Shown: one piece after another, positions 1 to 12,508 of the stretch
Layout of the letters: the number at the start of each line of letters is the position of its first letter
Numbering within the stretch: the first letter of the stretch is position 1
Source of the DNA: Marsupella aquatica
Taxonomy: Eukaryota; Plantae; Marchantiophyta
Reading direction: 5' to 3'
Length of the DNA stretch: 64,000 bases
NCBI GenBank assembly: GCA_973895155.1
Contig: OZ316891.1
Location: 18,687,048-18,751,047, forward strand
Program-made: the position numbers and the translations under genes
Notes under the pieces: model-generated
What the model was told of the DNA's origin: nothing
The model's input: the letters and a program-made list of their open reading frames with translations, nothing else
Databases searched by the model: none

Positions 1-1842
1 GTTACCAATCTGATTCTTAAATTGGGCTTTCCACTCCTTAAAAGTGGCAAAAATATCAGACTTGTTGTGGAGAAAGTAGATCCACACATACCTTGAGTAA
101 TCGTCTATGAACGTGATATAGTATAACCGTCCAGAGTGTGAGGGAGTAGGGGCTGGTCCCCACACATCACTATGTACATACTCAAATACCTCCTTGCTAG
201 TGTGAGTTCCAACTCCGAAGGGTTTCCTGTACTGCTTCCCAAGCATACAATGCTCACAGAAATCTAACTTCTAGACTGCAAATTAGAAATCAAACCTCTT
301 TTCAGAAGTATAGCCAAACCTTTTTCACTCATGTGACCTAGCCAAAAGTGCCACAGCCGGGCTGTTTCCTCATGAGATAAGGTTACATTGGCTTCATCAC
401 ATACTACTCTGCCCTCCAAAATATATAAATTTTTGTGCCTCTTTCCCTTCAACACAACCTTAGTACCGGTTGAAACCTGAATGACACCATTAGCAGAACT
501 CCACTGATGGCCACTTGCTTCTAACATTCCAAGTGAAATGAGATTTTTCATCATGCCAAGAATATGTCTCACATTCTGCACTGTTCTTACAACACCATCA
601 AACATTTGTAATCTCACAGATCCAAGTCCAACTACTTGGCATGGGATTCCATTTCCCATCAACACTGAACCGTTGGAAACCTTGTAAGAACTGAAAAACT
701 CTTTCCTATAGCAAATGTGAAAGGTACAAGCACTATCTAGTATCCAACCATCATCTTCCTGATGTGATACTACGTTGAGGGCAAAGTAATGGCATCATAA
801 AATGTCATCATCGAGTAAATCTACCTCATGTGCGTTGGATGCCGCATTAGCTGATGGGGTAGAGTCCTTTACTCGACAATCTCTCTTCATGTGGCCTGGC
901 TTGCCACATTTCCAACATGCGAGAGGCTTCCTCTCTTGCGATTTTCTTTTGGATTTAGATCTCCCCCATGTTGTAGATGTAAATCTGTTCTACCCATTCA
1001 TGCACTGCGCTGGTCTTCCATGATTCACGTTCAACGCAGTACCAGAAAAAGATGTTGTCTATGCTAGACCTAGCTTCTTCTGAGCATCATCAGACAATAG
1101 AGAGCTCACCACCTCATCGTACAAAATGGACTTCAGATTTCTGTACAAGAGCACTTGTTTCAAGCTAGCCTTGATAAGATGGCGGTAAGGACCTTAGCAG
1201 AAGCAAGGCCTTATCCTCATCTTCAACTCCCTTACCCAGGTTTGATAGATCCACCGCCAGGCTGTCAAACTCATCCAGGTGCTCCTGCAACTTGCTCCCT
1301 TCTTTGAGCCTGAGGCTCATCAAGAGAGACTTCTTGTACAGCCGGTTTGATGCATCTTCCCGGTAGTACTTCTCTCTGAGGGCCTTGAAGAGTGATGCAC
1401 AATCCGCATAATCATCCAGCTTCTTGATGATATGCAGCTTGAGGTAAAGCATCACCGCATTGACAACAATCACCTGCTCCTGTCTCCACTGCTTCATAGA
1501 AATATTCTCCTCTCCATCATACTGCTCTCGCATAGAGAGCAGATGATCTAAGCCCATGGCACGAAGAATACCCTTTACTTGCTTCTCCCATAGCAAGTAA
1601 TCAGTACGGCCGTCGTACTTCTCCACCTCAAACTTCACTCCTCCAAATCTTGCCATCTCTCTCTTCTTCCCAACTACCGACAGCTCTGGTAGTAGAACAA
1701 CTTCCTCCACTGCATGCCGCACCGGTGATGGTACCGGTGATACTTGTTCCTCCTCAGACTCTCCGTCTGACCATCGTGAACCTGAAGCTCCATCGACGTC
1801 GATTCTTCCAGTATTCTCCAGGGTATTCTCCAAGTCACTCAT
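1..1842 (-). mobile_element. Degenerate Ty1/copia LTR retrotransposon gag-pol (gag, zinc knuckle, protease, GAG-pre-integrase, start of integrase); continues beyond the window start
   Basis: gag KFEVEKYDGRTDYLLW...LLLLRSLPPSY (1165-1842); CWKCGKPGHMKRDC knuckle ~875-920; protease WILDSACTFH ~715-750; LWHFWLGHMSEKG; integrase VHSDVWGP...FIDDYSRYVW at 60-190. Internal stops and frameshifts. Confidence 0.95.
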
Positions 1843-1854
1843 ATGAGAAAATCA

Positions 1855-1876
1855 ATCACTATATTCATTAAAACTG
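1855..1876 (+). repeat. Left TIR (22 bp)
   Basis: Perfect inverted match to 17953-17974, with imperfect extension for ~12 more bp. Confidence 0.92.
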
Positions 1877-2324
1877 TACTTTTAAAAGTCCATAAGATGA
1901 ACCCTAAAGTTATTTTTTTTCAGGCCAAATTTCTATTAAAGCATTCCCAAAAGCTAATTTTTTTCAGCCCAAATATACACTTTTGAACGCCCAAAATTTT
2001 GTTTTTTTCACCCAAATGTTTAATAATAACTTAAATCATATATTCTAATTAATTTAAAAATTAGAGTAAATTTAATTTAGTCCAAAAATCAGAGGCCAAT
2101 ACCACTCAGACCATCTATAAATTCAAAAATATAGATGGTCATAAATCAAGGGTCAAAATGAGATTGACCCACTATATAATTATTAAATTGTCCAGTCCAG
2201 TGAGAGAGCCTCACACTAAGCATATATCCTAATTATTTACTTTATCCTACATGTTCAAAACATATCCTTTCAAGACATAATATGAATGTACAATTCAGGG
2301 TAGGCACTAGAGCAACCCTATCTC

Positions 2325-3380
2325 CTAATGATCAAGACAAAACTCATTTGAACAAGAAAGTCTGCTTCCTGATTTATCATAGCGGATGTCACGGTTGCAA
2401 GTATCTATCGCATGGTGGTTCTTAAACTTATTGGTGAGATCCCTAGTTCTGAGAACTTTCCAAATAAAATGCCTTCTATTTTGTGTATGAGGACCAGAAT
2501 AGTTGTCTCCAAGTATTACGTTTGCAGTTTCTTTGATCTCATCTGTGGCCAACGTCTCCAGTGGTGGGTAATGCTGCACCTCGTTCTTTCTGTCCCAAGG
2601 AATCTCTTCAGGAGTCACATCCAAGATGGTTCCAAACTCCCTATGGATACAACGACAATCTCCCCACTTCTGTTCCAAAAGAGCATAGATGGCAGCATGA
2701 TCCTCCTTGCTTGTTAATAAATTGAAAACAGACCACTTTGGATTGTTGACAGTGATATAATGTTGAACGCAGTAAGCCTTTCTCAATTTGCAAAGATACG
2801 GCCATAATATCTCGGGCAAAAAAGTGTCATTTGAAGTTGTGTGAGTAAATGGATTTGGAAACAATCCATTCACGTCATAATTCAAAAATGCCTTCAATGG
2901 AGAATCATCAATAAGAACTGTATTAGAAGCATCATATTTTTCTGGAAAACGGTCCCAAATGGTTTGCAAATTCTTCAGAAGTAAATTGGCCTTCCCATCT
3001 GTTATATCTGGCCTTTGGATGCAACTATCAAAGGTATCTTCTTGAGTAAAGACAAACTTGAACTTCTGTCGCTCCTCCTCAGTGAAAATCAACTCCATTA
3101 AGTCCATTGTTTTTGGCCTCCTTGCACAGGTCCAAATTGCGACGTCAAAAACCATGAAAGCTGCATATAGAAATTCGTGGAGGTATGGGCGCTCCACATA
3201 CATGAAATTAAACCCTCCACGTCTCCCCCAGTGCACACCACGTAAACTTGTCTGATTTCGCCATGGTCCTGAGCTTCTGGTCTTAATGCAATCCCAACAA
3301 ATCTTGTTAAGGTCAAGAACCAAGAGCTTTCGCCGGATCGGAGAGTGTAGTATTGGAGTGAATTCTGGAAACATTAACAT
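2325..3380 (-). CDS. FCP1/NIF-like HAD-superfamily phosphatase (transposon cargo)
   Basis: Intact 351-aa ORF; KLLVLDLN motif I, RPYLHEFL, VAIWT, LLKNLQTIW, NTVLIDDSPLK. Confidence 0.8.
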   Translation of the reverse strand: MLMFPEFTPILHSPIRRKLLVLDLNKICWDCIKTRSSGPWRNQTSLRGVHWGRRGGFNFMYVERPYLHEFLYAAFMVFDVAIWTCARRPKTMDLMELIFTEEERQKFKFVFTQEDTFDSCIQRPDITDGKANLLLKNLQTIWDRFPEKYDASNTVLIDDSPLKAFLNYDVNGLFPNPFTHTTSNDTFLPEILWPYLCKLRKAYCVQHYITVNNPKWSVFNLLTSKEDHAAIYALLEQKWGDCRCIHREFGTILDVTPEEIPWDRKNEVQHYPPLETLATDEIKETANVILGDNYSGPHTQNRRHFIWKVLRTRDLTNKFKNHHAIDTCNRDIRYDKSGSRLSCSNEFCLDH

Positions 3381-6367
3381 AAGCCCTTAGTCAATGCGAC
3401 TCAAAGTTTAAATTAGTTCGTGGACCCCCACCCTGTTTTTATTGGATTGAGATTGAAAGTGGATTGAGATTGAAAGTGGATAGTTATTGATACAAATAAA
3501 AAATGTGTTAAAAAGTAGACAGTTATTGATATAGATAAATATGTTTCCGACAATGGGTATCTTTATTGGGACTTGTCATTTATTTTTGCATGATAGAACA
3601 CATTGTTCTGAAATTGTTCAAGGGGTTCGACAGGATTGCAGCTCCTGTGAGGGAAATAGCATTGTTGGGGGCACTGGTGACTTTCGATTGGCTCAAGGGT
3701 GGGCAGACATCACCACTTACTCCTTGATTGACGTCGCCAATGCAAATCTATGTGTTTAACCACATATGTAGTACAGCATAAGAAAGTAGAAAATACAGAC
3801 GTGGCTATTGTTTGCATGGAGGAAGTGGAGACAAATAGTCCTCGTAGTTTGTCTTCGCGACACTGTTGTTTAAGACATTTTTATCGACTCAGACCCCACT
3901 CATTCCCATGTCAGTCTGGTATTCTCATTTTAGGCAACTCCAAGGTCAACTACTACTTGCCTGGTCGGTGTGTTCTTTGCGGACCAGAACTCCCCACATG
4001 AAACCAATTTCAATTAATGTATGAACCAAACGCAGCATAAACGAAATTTCTTTTATTTTAAGAAATAGTTCAGTTTGCCTGGCCTAGGAAACTTTGTGAC
4101 GGTCTAGTATCAGTACTCTGTGTCCCGGGTTGCAGTTCACCTATTGCTTCTGCCCTAGTCACTTCTTTTAAGAAAGCTTATAACAGAGACCAATTTCAAT
4201 TTTGACGAGTGTAAGAAGCGAAAAGAACATTCCCGACTCTGACAGGAGCAGTAGAGGGGGTTGATCTGGTTCCAAAAGTCCAAACTATTCAGAGGAAACT
4301 GAAGCGAATAAGCATCTCCAAAATGAAAATGGTGAGATGGCCACTGATTCCTCTATTGAAAAATCTGATAAGGTCGAGGTTTAGATTGTCTCTGCAACCG
4401 AGCAAGATAAAGCCGAAGAAGCGTGAATAATTTTGATGCCTAGAAACTACGGCCATCTCAAATAAGATTGCCCTCCCTGTTCAGAGCTTGAGCTGGATGC
4501 CCAAGAGCACAGTCAAGCCCTTAAGCAGAACAACTTGAGAACCAACATCCGAAGCACAGGCTACTCGACCAGCGCTAGGAGGTTCGTAAATTCCTAAATC
4601 CGTATAGCTATGAAGCCAAATCTGGAACATCTGATGATACCTCATAAATTCTCAATTAGAGGTCCAAGAAGCTCACGGCAGAAACCTAAAGCCTGAAACA
4701 TCTTGCGCACTGTGGAGGAACCCTCCCAGAATCTTTCAAAATCTCTCATCCATATTCGGACATAGAGTTAGTATTTGCTACTGGCTCCAGAACTCTGAAT
4801 CCTTAACGCTGACAGCGCTACGATCTCGGCTACGATCATATCCGGAAGCAACTGTCTGAGGGATCAAAAATTGAAGAAATGAAACAGAGGGGAAGCAATC
4901 TCTGGGAGCCGAAAGGAAAACATAAAGACAACCAGAAAAAGGAAGAAGCAAGGAAGAAGCAAAATGAGCGCCCGTGAAGGGCATTGGTGTCCGACATTCG
5001 ATCGAGAATCAAAAGAGAGACATCAAAATCAGAAGGATTCAGCAATGAAAGTTGACCTTGTTTGATCGAACTGCTTTTGCCTTTTTCTTCTGATCAGGTC
5101 GCTGCCTTTCCGCTCTTCTCTGCCCCAATCGTGTTTCTACAGCATTTTATATCTTCTTGTTCAATCCTTAATTTTCTCTTTAAATTTTCTGTTGTTCTCT
5201 GGATCCTCAGGGCGTTGTGTTAGTCTCTCTTTACACTTTCACTTCGCCATGGCCTCTTTTGATCTTTGTTTTGATTTCAGGTTCAAATCGCAGTCCTTCT
5301 CTTCCTGATTCGATCGTTTCGTTCTTCAGTTTCTTCTTATCAATTCTGTTTGCGATCATTGCTTTTCCTGCTTTTGGTCCTTATGAAATGAACTCTCTTC
5401 TGGTTTCTTTGTTATCGAATCTTCGATCGGGCAGCTTCTTTCTCACCTTCTCGTTTCTCTCAACATTGCGTGTGCACACATTCACCGCACCATCACCATC
5501 AAAATCAACAACGAGAATTCGTGCAGAGGTTGTGGCGCGGAGGAGCGCTCATTTTACAGTTTGGATTGCGGGCGGGATGGATTGTAGTGGACGTTAATTA
5601 CTTAACTGTTTCTAGTGACAAGTGCTTACTTTCGATTACACATTTAATTTTTTTATTACTTAATGGTTATTATTATTATTTAATGTTGTGCATTCCATTA
5701 TTTAGGGGTTGAAAAAACGGTTATTGTCTATCTCAACTTCAATACTTTGTTATCTAAAGGTAAATAATACGGTTAATTGTAAAAGAAGTTTACATGAATT
5801 TTTACGGCATGGCGTCCCTAGTTTTACCAAAATTCCGTCGCAAACACGAATGTGGGCATAATTTCATTGTGGAGACCAATTCGTTCCTGTTTGTTCCGGT
5901 TGTTGTTGACGTGGCATGCTATGGTGCCAGGAATTTTGGAAGGGACCTCTAGTGGGGTCCGTAACAATTACTACGGAAGAAAACTCTCAAAATTTGAAAT
6001 CAAACAAACTTTGTTATAGCATTTGAAGTAGAGAGGAACGACCCTGGAGTGACCCTCCTAGAAAAACATTAATTACATTCAATTGCCATTTTTTAGATCC
6101 AAAGTATACGTGGGTCAAACCCTTCCTCCATAGCAACGCTTTCCGAGGGAATGCCAACAAAATCCTTTGAGGAAGGAGATTCTACGACGGAACTTTGGTC
6201 TGTAAAAAAGTATATTATTACAAAGATAAAGCTTAGATTGTCATTAAAATACCAAGAACCAAAGAAAGGGCTAATAATTTCCAATGCTAAAATGCCCAAA
6301 TTCATCTATTGTTTGATCACCTAGAACACTCTGTATCTCGGAATTGATACCACTGGGAAGTTGCTCT

Positions 6368-9300
6368 TCAAAGGATGGGGGTGCAAAAACTGGGCTCAGT
6401 CTCAAGTTCAGTTTTTTGTAATCTGATTTTGCCATTATCTTTGGAGCATCGTCTAGTGATTCTATCATTCCAACCTTTGGTCCATTTCTCCATATAAAAT
6501 GAGTTGCAGGACGGGCTGTTTTCATATATCCAGTCCTGCCGATCTCGGATCCAGAATTTTGTGAAAATGAATACTACGGGGCTTCCTGTAGAAGCACTTG
6601 TAAAAACCAATTTAGTCTCTGATGAGCAATATAGAGGAGACAGGGGAGGATTTGAAGCACCTGCCTTCTCTTCTTCATTTGCAGCGGTCTCAGGTACTTG
6701 ACGATCATCCTCCTTTGCAAGCGCAATGTCTGACATTTCTCCCAATTCTACTGCGTCAATATTGCCTAGACCATCTGCGGTTGCCTTCCAATGTGCGTCC
6801 GATGTGGACGATGTAAGATCTGGGTCCGATTGGTGCATCCAATTCTCTACACCGACAAAGGGATTTCTTGGTGGGTCGCCCTCAGGTCGACCCACAACAT
6901 CAGCCAACCCCACACCAAAGTAGGGAATACCTACCACTTGTGTTCCACGTTCATTCAAATTTCGGGTGACCCTGTCGTCTGTGTCGTGACCCAATTCTCC
7001 TTTCTCAATATCATCTTCGCCCTGGTCTACGCCTTCTTTGGCACCAACATGCTCGGAAACCCCATCGCGGGCTCTACCAAATTTGGAACCGCCCATCCAG
7101 TCACTCATTATGGAAGGAACTTTCTTGCAGAGAACCCTTCCATATGCCTGAGTGAAATCATATTCATCCTCAGTGTCTGAATATGCAAAGCATTCTCTGA
7201 AACACAACAATGACACCTTCATAACCTGTCCTCCCGAGAAAAAGTCAAGTATAGTCTCCCCTTCAGCTGAAAAAAATTCAATAATACTCTGCAGCATACA
7301 TTTTGGCTTAGCGTGAATATTCACAAAGCCACCTCTACTTCCCACCATCTCAAACATGGGAGCCTTTCGTAAGAAATCTCCAATGTGAAATGCCGAAGTT
7401 GACTCAGTCTCTGTCTCCTTACTTGTCTTACTCTTATTCTTATCTCGCTTCTCCGTCTTGTCTTCCACTTGGAAATCAGGGTCGATCGCCGAATTGTAAG
7501 AAAATTGGCAATTAAATCCAGGCCTGAACACTTGCTTCCAATCAAATTTCTCCTCAGTGGTGATTCCTGCAAAGATTATCTCCTCCATACCACAACTGAA
7601 AAGTAAGCCCTCTGGAACTGGTGTATCACTCCATCGATAGCTCCCGTAGTCGACGTGGATGTCCATTCCCTTTTCATGTTGCAATTTCCTAAGGGCACTC
7701 AAAATGTTTGCAGCAAGTGGCCCCGGATGCACAGTCATGACAACAACAATTGTTGGATTTCTTGGAAGATCCACAATGTATTGCAGTAATGCAATAATTT
7801 CAGCATCGGTCCAAACATGTTGTCGGAGCCTACTGAAGTCAACAATGGCAAGAGGACACAAAGGCGAAGGCTCTTGTAGCATTTCCGGCACGGTCGTCTT
7901 CATCAAATTCTCACTAAAAAATGTCAAGAAAGGCTCCATGCGAGAACGACCAATCCCACCAAATTCTTTACAATACAACCCATCTAGTCTGACCATCAGA
8001 CTTTGTGGGAAACTCTCCTTGACCACATTCTTCTTCAATGAATTATTGAGGTAAACCTCACCCGCTGCTCTCCTCAATTTTGTCATCTCAAGCTCAGATT
8101 TCAAGGAAGGCAACAATATCACCAGAGACTCCCAAGATGTGCCAATAGGAAACTTCTCACGATACTTTTCCACGAAATAGCCAATAATGATTGTTCTCAA
8201 TTTGGACATTATCTTGATTGTAAGGGCCAAGTCTCCCATTGCGACAAGCTCTGATTTGTTGGTGATATCCTTCTTCAGCAAGACAAGCTCCTCTTCAACG
8301 TCCTTCAAGATCTCAATTATCTGTTTGCTACTAATCTCTCCTTCAAAGCATCGAAAGGTACCGGGAGTGATCAATTTTGGGGGTCTTGGCCCTCCATACC
8401 CACCAGCCCCGTCTTGGAGCTTCCCACTCAACCATTTTGCACACACGTTCCGCCATAATTCAAAGAGCTCATCTTTGGCAAAAAGTAACCAATAAATGCT
8501 CTTTAGGCTTGACTTCCCCATTGTAACCTTTGCCAGGGCAAACCAATCCTGCATATCCAATGGACTTGACATTAGTTTTAGTGTACAATGCATATGTTAG
8601 AAAATTTATACCTATGTTTGAAACAGGCTAAGCCGCCTCGCCCCAAGGGCGTGGCGAACCTCTACATCTAACCGCAATTGACTGAAACGGAACTAGGGAA
8701 TTATTCTTAGAGAGACTAGTCTAGGTTGCCTCGCCCTGAGGGCGAGGCAAATATTTGCTTTAATCTTCTAACCAAGGAAAACAAGAAAAGGCAGCCTCGC
8801 CCTTGGGGCGAGGCAAACCTCTACCATTGACAATCTTTAAACAAAGCGGATCAAGAATAGTTTGCGTTGCTCCAACATGTACCTGATAGTTTTTCCTGTC
8901 TGTATTTTGATTGGTCCCAACCCCTGGACGCGGCGGTTTCCCGCACTCCTCAAACTGCCTTCGTGCATGAACAATAGTCTCTAAAAAACAAGACTTAAAT
9001 TGCATAGTATCATTGACAACATTCGATAAACTTGAATGCTCAACCAAAATTGTCTTCGGAGTGAGGTCAGATAGGATCCTTGCTTTCCTATACTTTAGTT
9101 TGTTGGCAAGATCTGTCAGCTTGGCGTCAGTCTCGGCCCACCCTTGGATCCATTGGGCAGCTCTTGCAGAATGCTGGCCACTGATGGCAAGGAATTGGAT
9201 CTCATGCTTCTTCACACCAATCAAAAACTCTTTCCTATCCTGAGGTGTGTTGTCATAATGAAGCAACTGTTTAGTGCTCTCCCGATACAGAATCAAATTA

Positions 9301-11343
9301 GCAACTTGTGGTTCCTGTCCAAGGTTTTTCATCATAGACTTTGATATCTCCATTGCATGCGAAAGATTGAACATTCGATATACGAAAACGGCTGATGGCG
9401 GATTAATACTTTTTACAGGAATATCAAAAACTTCGCGGATGCCAAAAGTATAATACTGCTCAATATTACGCAAAACCTCTTGGCCTTTGAGCACATCATC
9501 TTCTTTGGGTCCTTCTGTCGGACACATATCATCCTCTGGATGCAAGACAAAGTTTGAAGTTGACCCTGACATTGGTTTTGATTTTGCAACCTTTGCCTTC
9601 TTTGTCTGCTTCTTTTGGGGGCCCTCATCATCTTCATTTTTTTAGCCATCTTCTTACGGCGTGAACTCCCAGATTGTTTCTCTTGTTGAACAACCGGCTC
9701 TTGAAGCTTTCGTTTCTTCTCTGTCTTTGATTGCGCACTTCTTTCCACTATCTTCTTTCTCTCCTTTGCCTTATGCTTGCTTCTTTTTTCTTCATCTCTG
9801 AAATCCACGTCCGGCACGCGGCCTCTTGAAACTCTGGACAAAAAATGAAACTCTTGTCGATTGCTTGCTCGTATGAAAAATGTGCCTTATCAATCATCCT
9901 TTGAACTATCCAAGTAGACGGAGGGTCCACACTGTCCGCATTGTCATGCATGTGCTTCTTTACGTAGAGAAATCCAAACACTAGGTCAACTCCACTTATT
10001 TGAGAACGCATCTTCTCAAACATCTGATCAATTGTTACTCCATCTGGGAAGAATCCCATATCAACTACACTTATCTCCAATCGAGCCATCCACTCAACAT
10101 TCAGTAAAATTGAGTAGAGTTTTATTGGCACTAGAAGTCTCATCCACTGAGATTTCTCATTGGACTCAACAATAATCGTTGCATTGCGGTTGTTGTCCAT
10201 GTTCACAAGGACGACTGGACCTAGAGTAACAATTGTCTTGCGGTCATTCAATTGACTTGTGAGGCCCTTGAAACAAATCAAGAGACTGCCTTCCGCCGAC
10301 ACCCCAACTTCTAGTGCCCATCTAAATCCTGGAGTATCTTGGTCAGGGAAAACAAAGTCCTTGATATCCTCGTCCATAATATTTAACTCCGGCTTCTCAA
10401 GATTTTTTCCTGGTAAGAAACATTGAAAAAAAATGGTCAGCATCATATTTTTAACATTGACATGTGGAAAACTTTCAAGGTGCCTCGCCCTTGGGGCGAG
10501 GCGACAAATAGAAGATTGCAAAATCTTCTTTGCTCCTAGTGCAATTAGCCCTGCCACCTCATCCAAGCAATCAAACATTATTTAGGAATGCAGACGACAT
10601 CGCCTCGCCCCAAGGGCGAGGCAACTTCTAGGAAAGCAAACAACATTTAGGAATGCAGACAACATCGCCTCGCCCCAAGGGCGAGGCAACTTCTGGAAAG
10701 CAGACAACATTTAGGAATGCAGAGGACATCGCCTCGCCCTTGGGGCGAGGCAACTTCTGGAAAGCAGACAACATTTAGGAATGCAGAGGACATCGCCTCG
10801 CCCCAAGGGCGAGGCAACTTCTGGGAAAGCAGACAACATTTAGGAATGTAGAGGACATCGCCTCGCCCCAAGGGCGAGGCAACTTCTGGGAATGCAGACT
10901 ACATTTGAGGAATGCAAACGACATCGCCTCGCCCCAAGAGCGAGGCAAAAAATAGAATATAGCTAAAGATCCTTTATTAATGTAAGATACAAGGTCCAAT
11001 ACGCCTTTGGAGCAACAAGAAATCTAGAATGAAGTAGACGTCGCCTCGACCTTGGGGCGAGGCGACTGCAAAGGAATATAGAAATTTTCCTAATAAGAAG
11101 TTTGAAATCCAAATTAAAGTAAAGTTGCCTCGCCCTTAGGGCAAGGCAAGAAGTTGAAGCAGGTGGTGCCTTACGTGGAAAAGTTAACTGGGCTTTCTTT
11201 GACGCCTCCAACGCATTGTTAACCAATTTTTGGACATCCGGGTCTTCAGGGTCATATTCATACACAGAGTTATAATTGAAGTTCAATGACTCTTGAGAAC
11301 TGGCGGAGGTGGTGGAAGCTTCAGAACTGGAGGAAGTAGACAT
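6368..11343 (-). CDS. Multi-exon cargo gene: ParB/Srx-like domain plus N4C/N6A (beta-class) DNA methyltransferase-like domain; probably disrupted by one or two frame changes
   Basis: Predicted ATG 11343; phase-consistent GT-AG introns 10410-11174 and 8549-8882; FLAISGQHSARAA (ParB/DGQHR-like); HAKPKCMLQSIIEFFSAEGETILDFFSGG...RECFAY (N6_N4_Mtase C-terminal, motif I-like). Frame changes near 9840 (possibly an intron) and the T7 run at 9637-9643. 3' end uncertain, may extend to ~6093. Confidence 0.65.
10581..10948. repeat. Tandem array, six ~64-65-bp units, each with palindrome GCCTCGCCC-NNN-GGGCGAGGC
   Basis: Units start at 10581, 10646, 10710, 10774, 10839, 10904; dispersed palindrome copies at 8635, 8728, 8794, 10482, 11043, 11127. 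Confidence 0.95.
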
Positions 11344-12508
11344 TGTAAGGGGCGAGTGAGATTTAAGATGACACGTGGCAGCAATGGAGAATGCCATAGG
11401 CTGCAAGAGGGCACTAACAGGCAAACAATGATCGAGGGAGCGACCCAAAAGGGAAGGGAGCAAGGCAGAAATAAAAGCCTTAGAGCGAGGCGGAAAACAA
11501 ATCCCAAGAGCGAGGCAAAAACAAAAGCCCTAGAGCGAGGCAAGAGGGAGGCAAGGAGTGAGGAGACGAGAGAGGAGGCAAGAGGGAGGCAAGGAAATGA
11601 GGCCTCAAGCGCAAGGCCTGCCTTCCTATACCCCCTACGAGCGAGGAGTCCGAGGAGGCAAGGATCCGAGAGGGTACGGAGGCATCAATGCGCGCCAATG
11701 ATGGAGACCCACCTCGGTGCATGTGATCGTGAGTCACCGATGGTGTGACCACTCACGACCACTCGCGACTCACCTACCAATTTTAAACTTCCGAGCTGTC
11801 AGCGGTGTGTGCTCGCAACTCACCTATCACTCGTGAGTGATTGGCTGACACCCTATCCGATGTCTACTTGTGTGCTGGGTGCGTGCCTCATCCACCCATG
11901 CCCGATCTGGTGGTGTCCACTCGTGTGCTGGGTAATGTGTGGGCTTTTTGCCTCTCAAACTGAGTATAGACCTCCCACAATCCATTTTTTGGTTCATTGT
12001 CATTTAGACAGTGATTGGTACGATCACTGACTCTCCTCTGTCCGAGTGCCTTGTTTAGGTCCGCATGGTTGAATGCAAGGTTTAGTAAGGGCACTAGTGA
12101 GCACTGTGGTGCCAAGAGTTACAATGTTGGCATCCAAGGTACCCATTTAGCTTGTACAAGGGTGGACAGAGAGATATATTGTGGAGCAGGTTAGTGATTT
12201 TATTTATTTATCTTAGAAGTACTAGCTCAACTACATCTAATTCAATACCTTTAAGCCAAACCTAGATTAAGATTTACACATTAGGTTCTAGATCATATAT
12301 TTTACTCATTCTAGACCTTTATCCACAGTCTAGCATGTGTAGAACTTACTGTACCCCTTTATGTGATTACTAACATAGTTTCTAGAAGTGGGTCGGAATT
12401 ATTTCGTGCCGACCTGACTATGTCATCTTAACTAGCATTTTAAACTGGTATATAAAAGCATAAGCAAGATAGTTTCACAAATAGTTTTGACATAATTTCA
12501 ACTTAATA

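Noticed and set aside
3417-5970. Possible nested element bounded by GGACCCC / GGGGTCC
   Set aside because: The inverted match is short and gapped and no TSD was found.
10581-10948. CRISPR-like appearance of the palindromic repeat arrays (also 12509-12835)
   Set aside because: The intervening sequences are near-identical rather than unique spacers, there are no cas genes, and the context is eukaryotic.
10647-10999. Short ORFs 10647-10871 and 10775-10999
   Set aside because: Translations of the tandem repeat inside a predicted intron.
11826-11841. ATCACTC-GT-GAGTGAT near-palindrome resembling joined TIR tips
   Set aside because: Only 6 bp match the TIR and it occurs once, which is compatible with chance.
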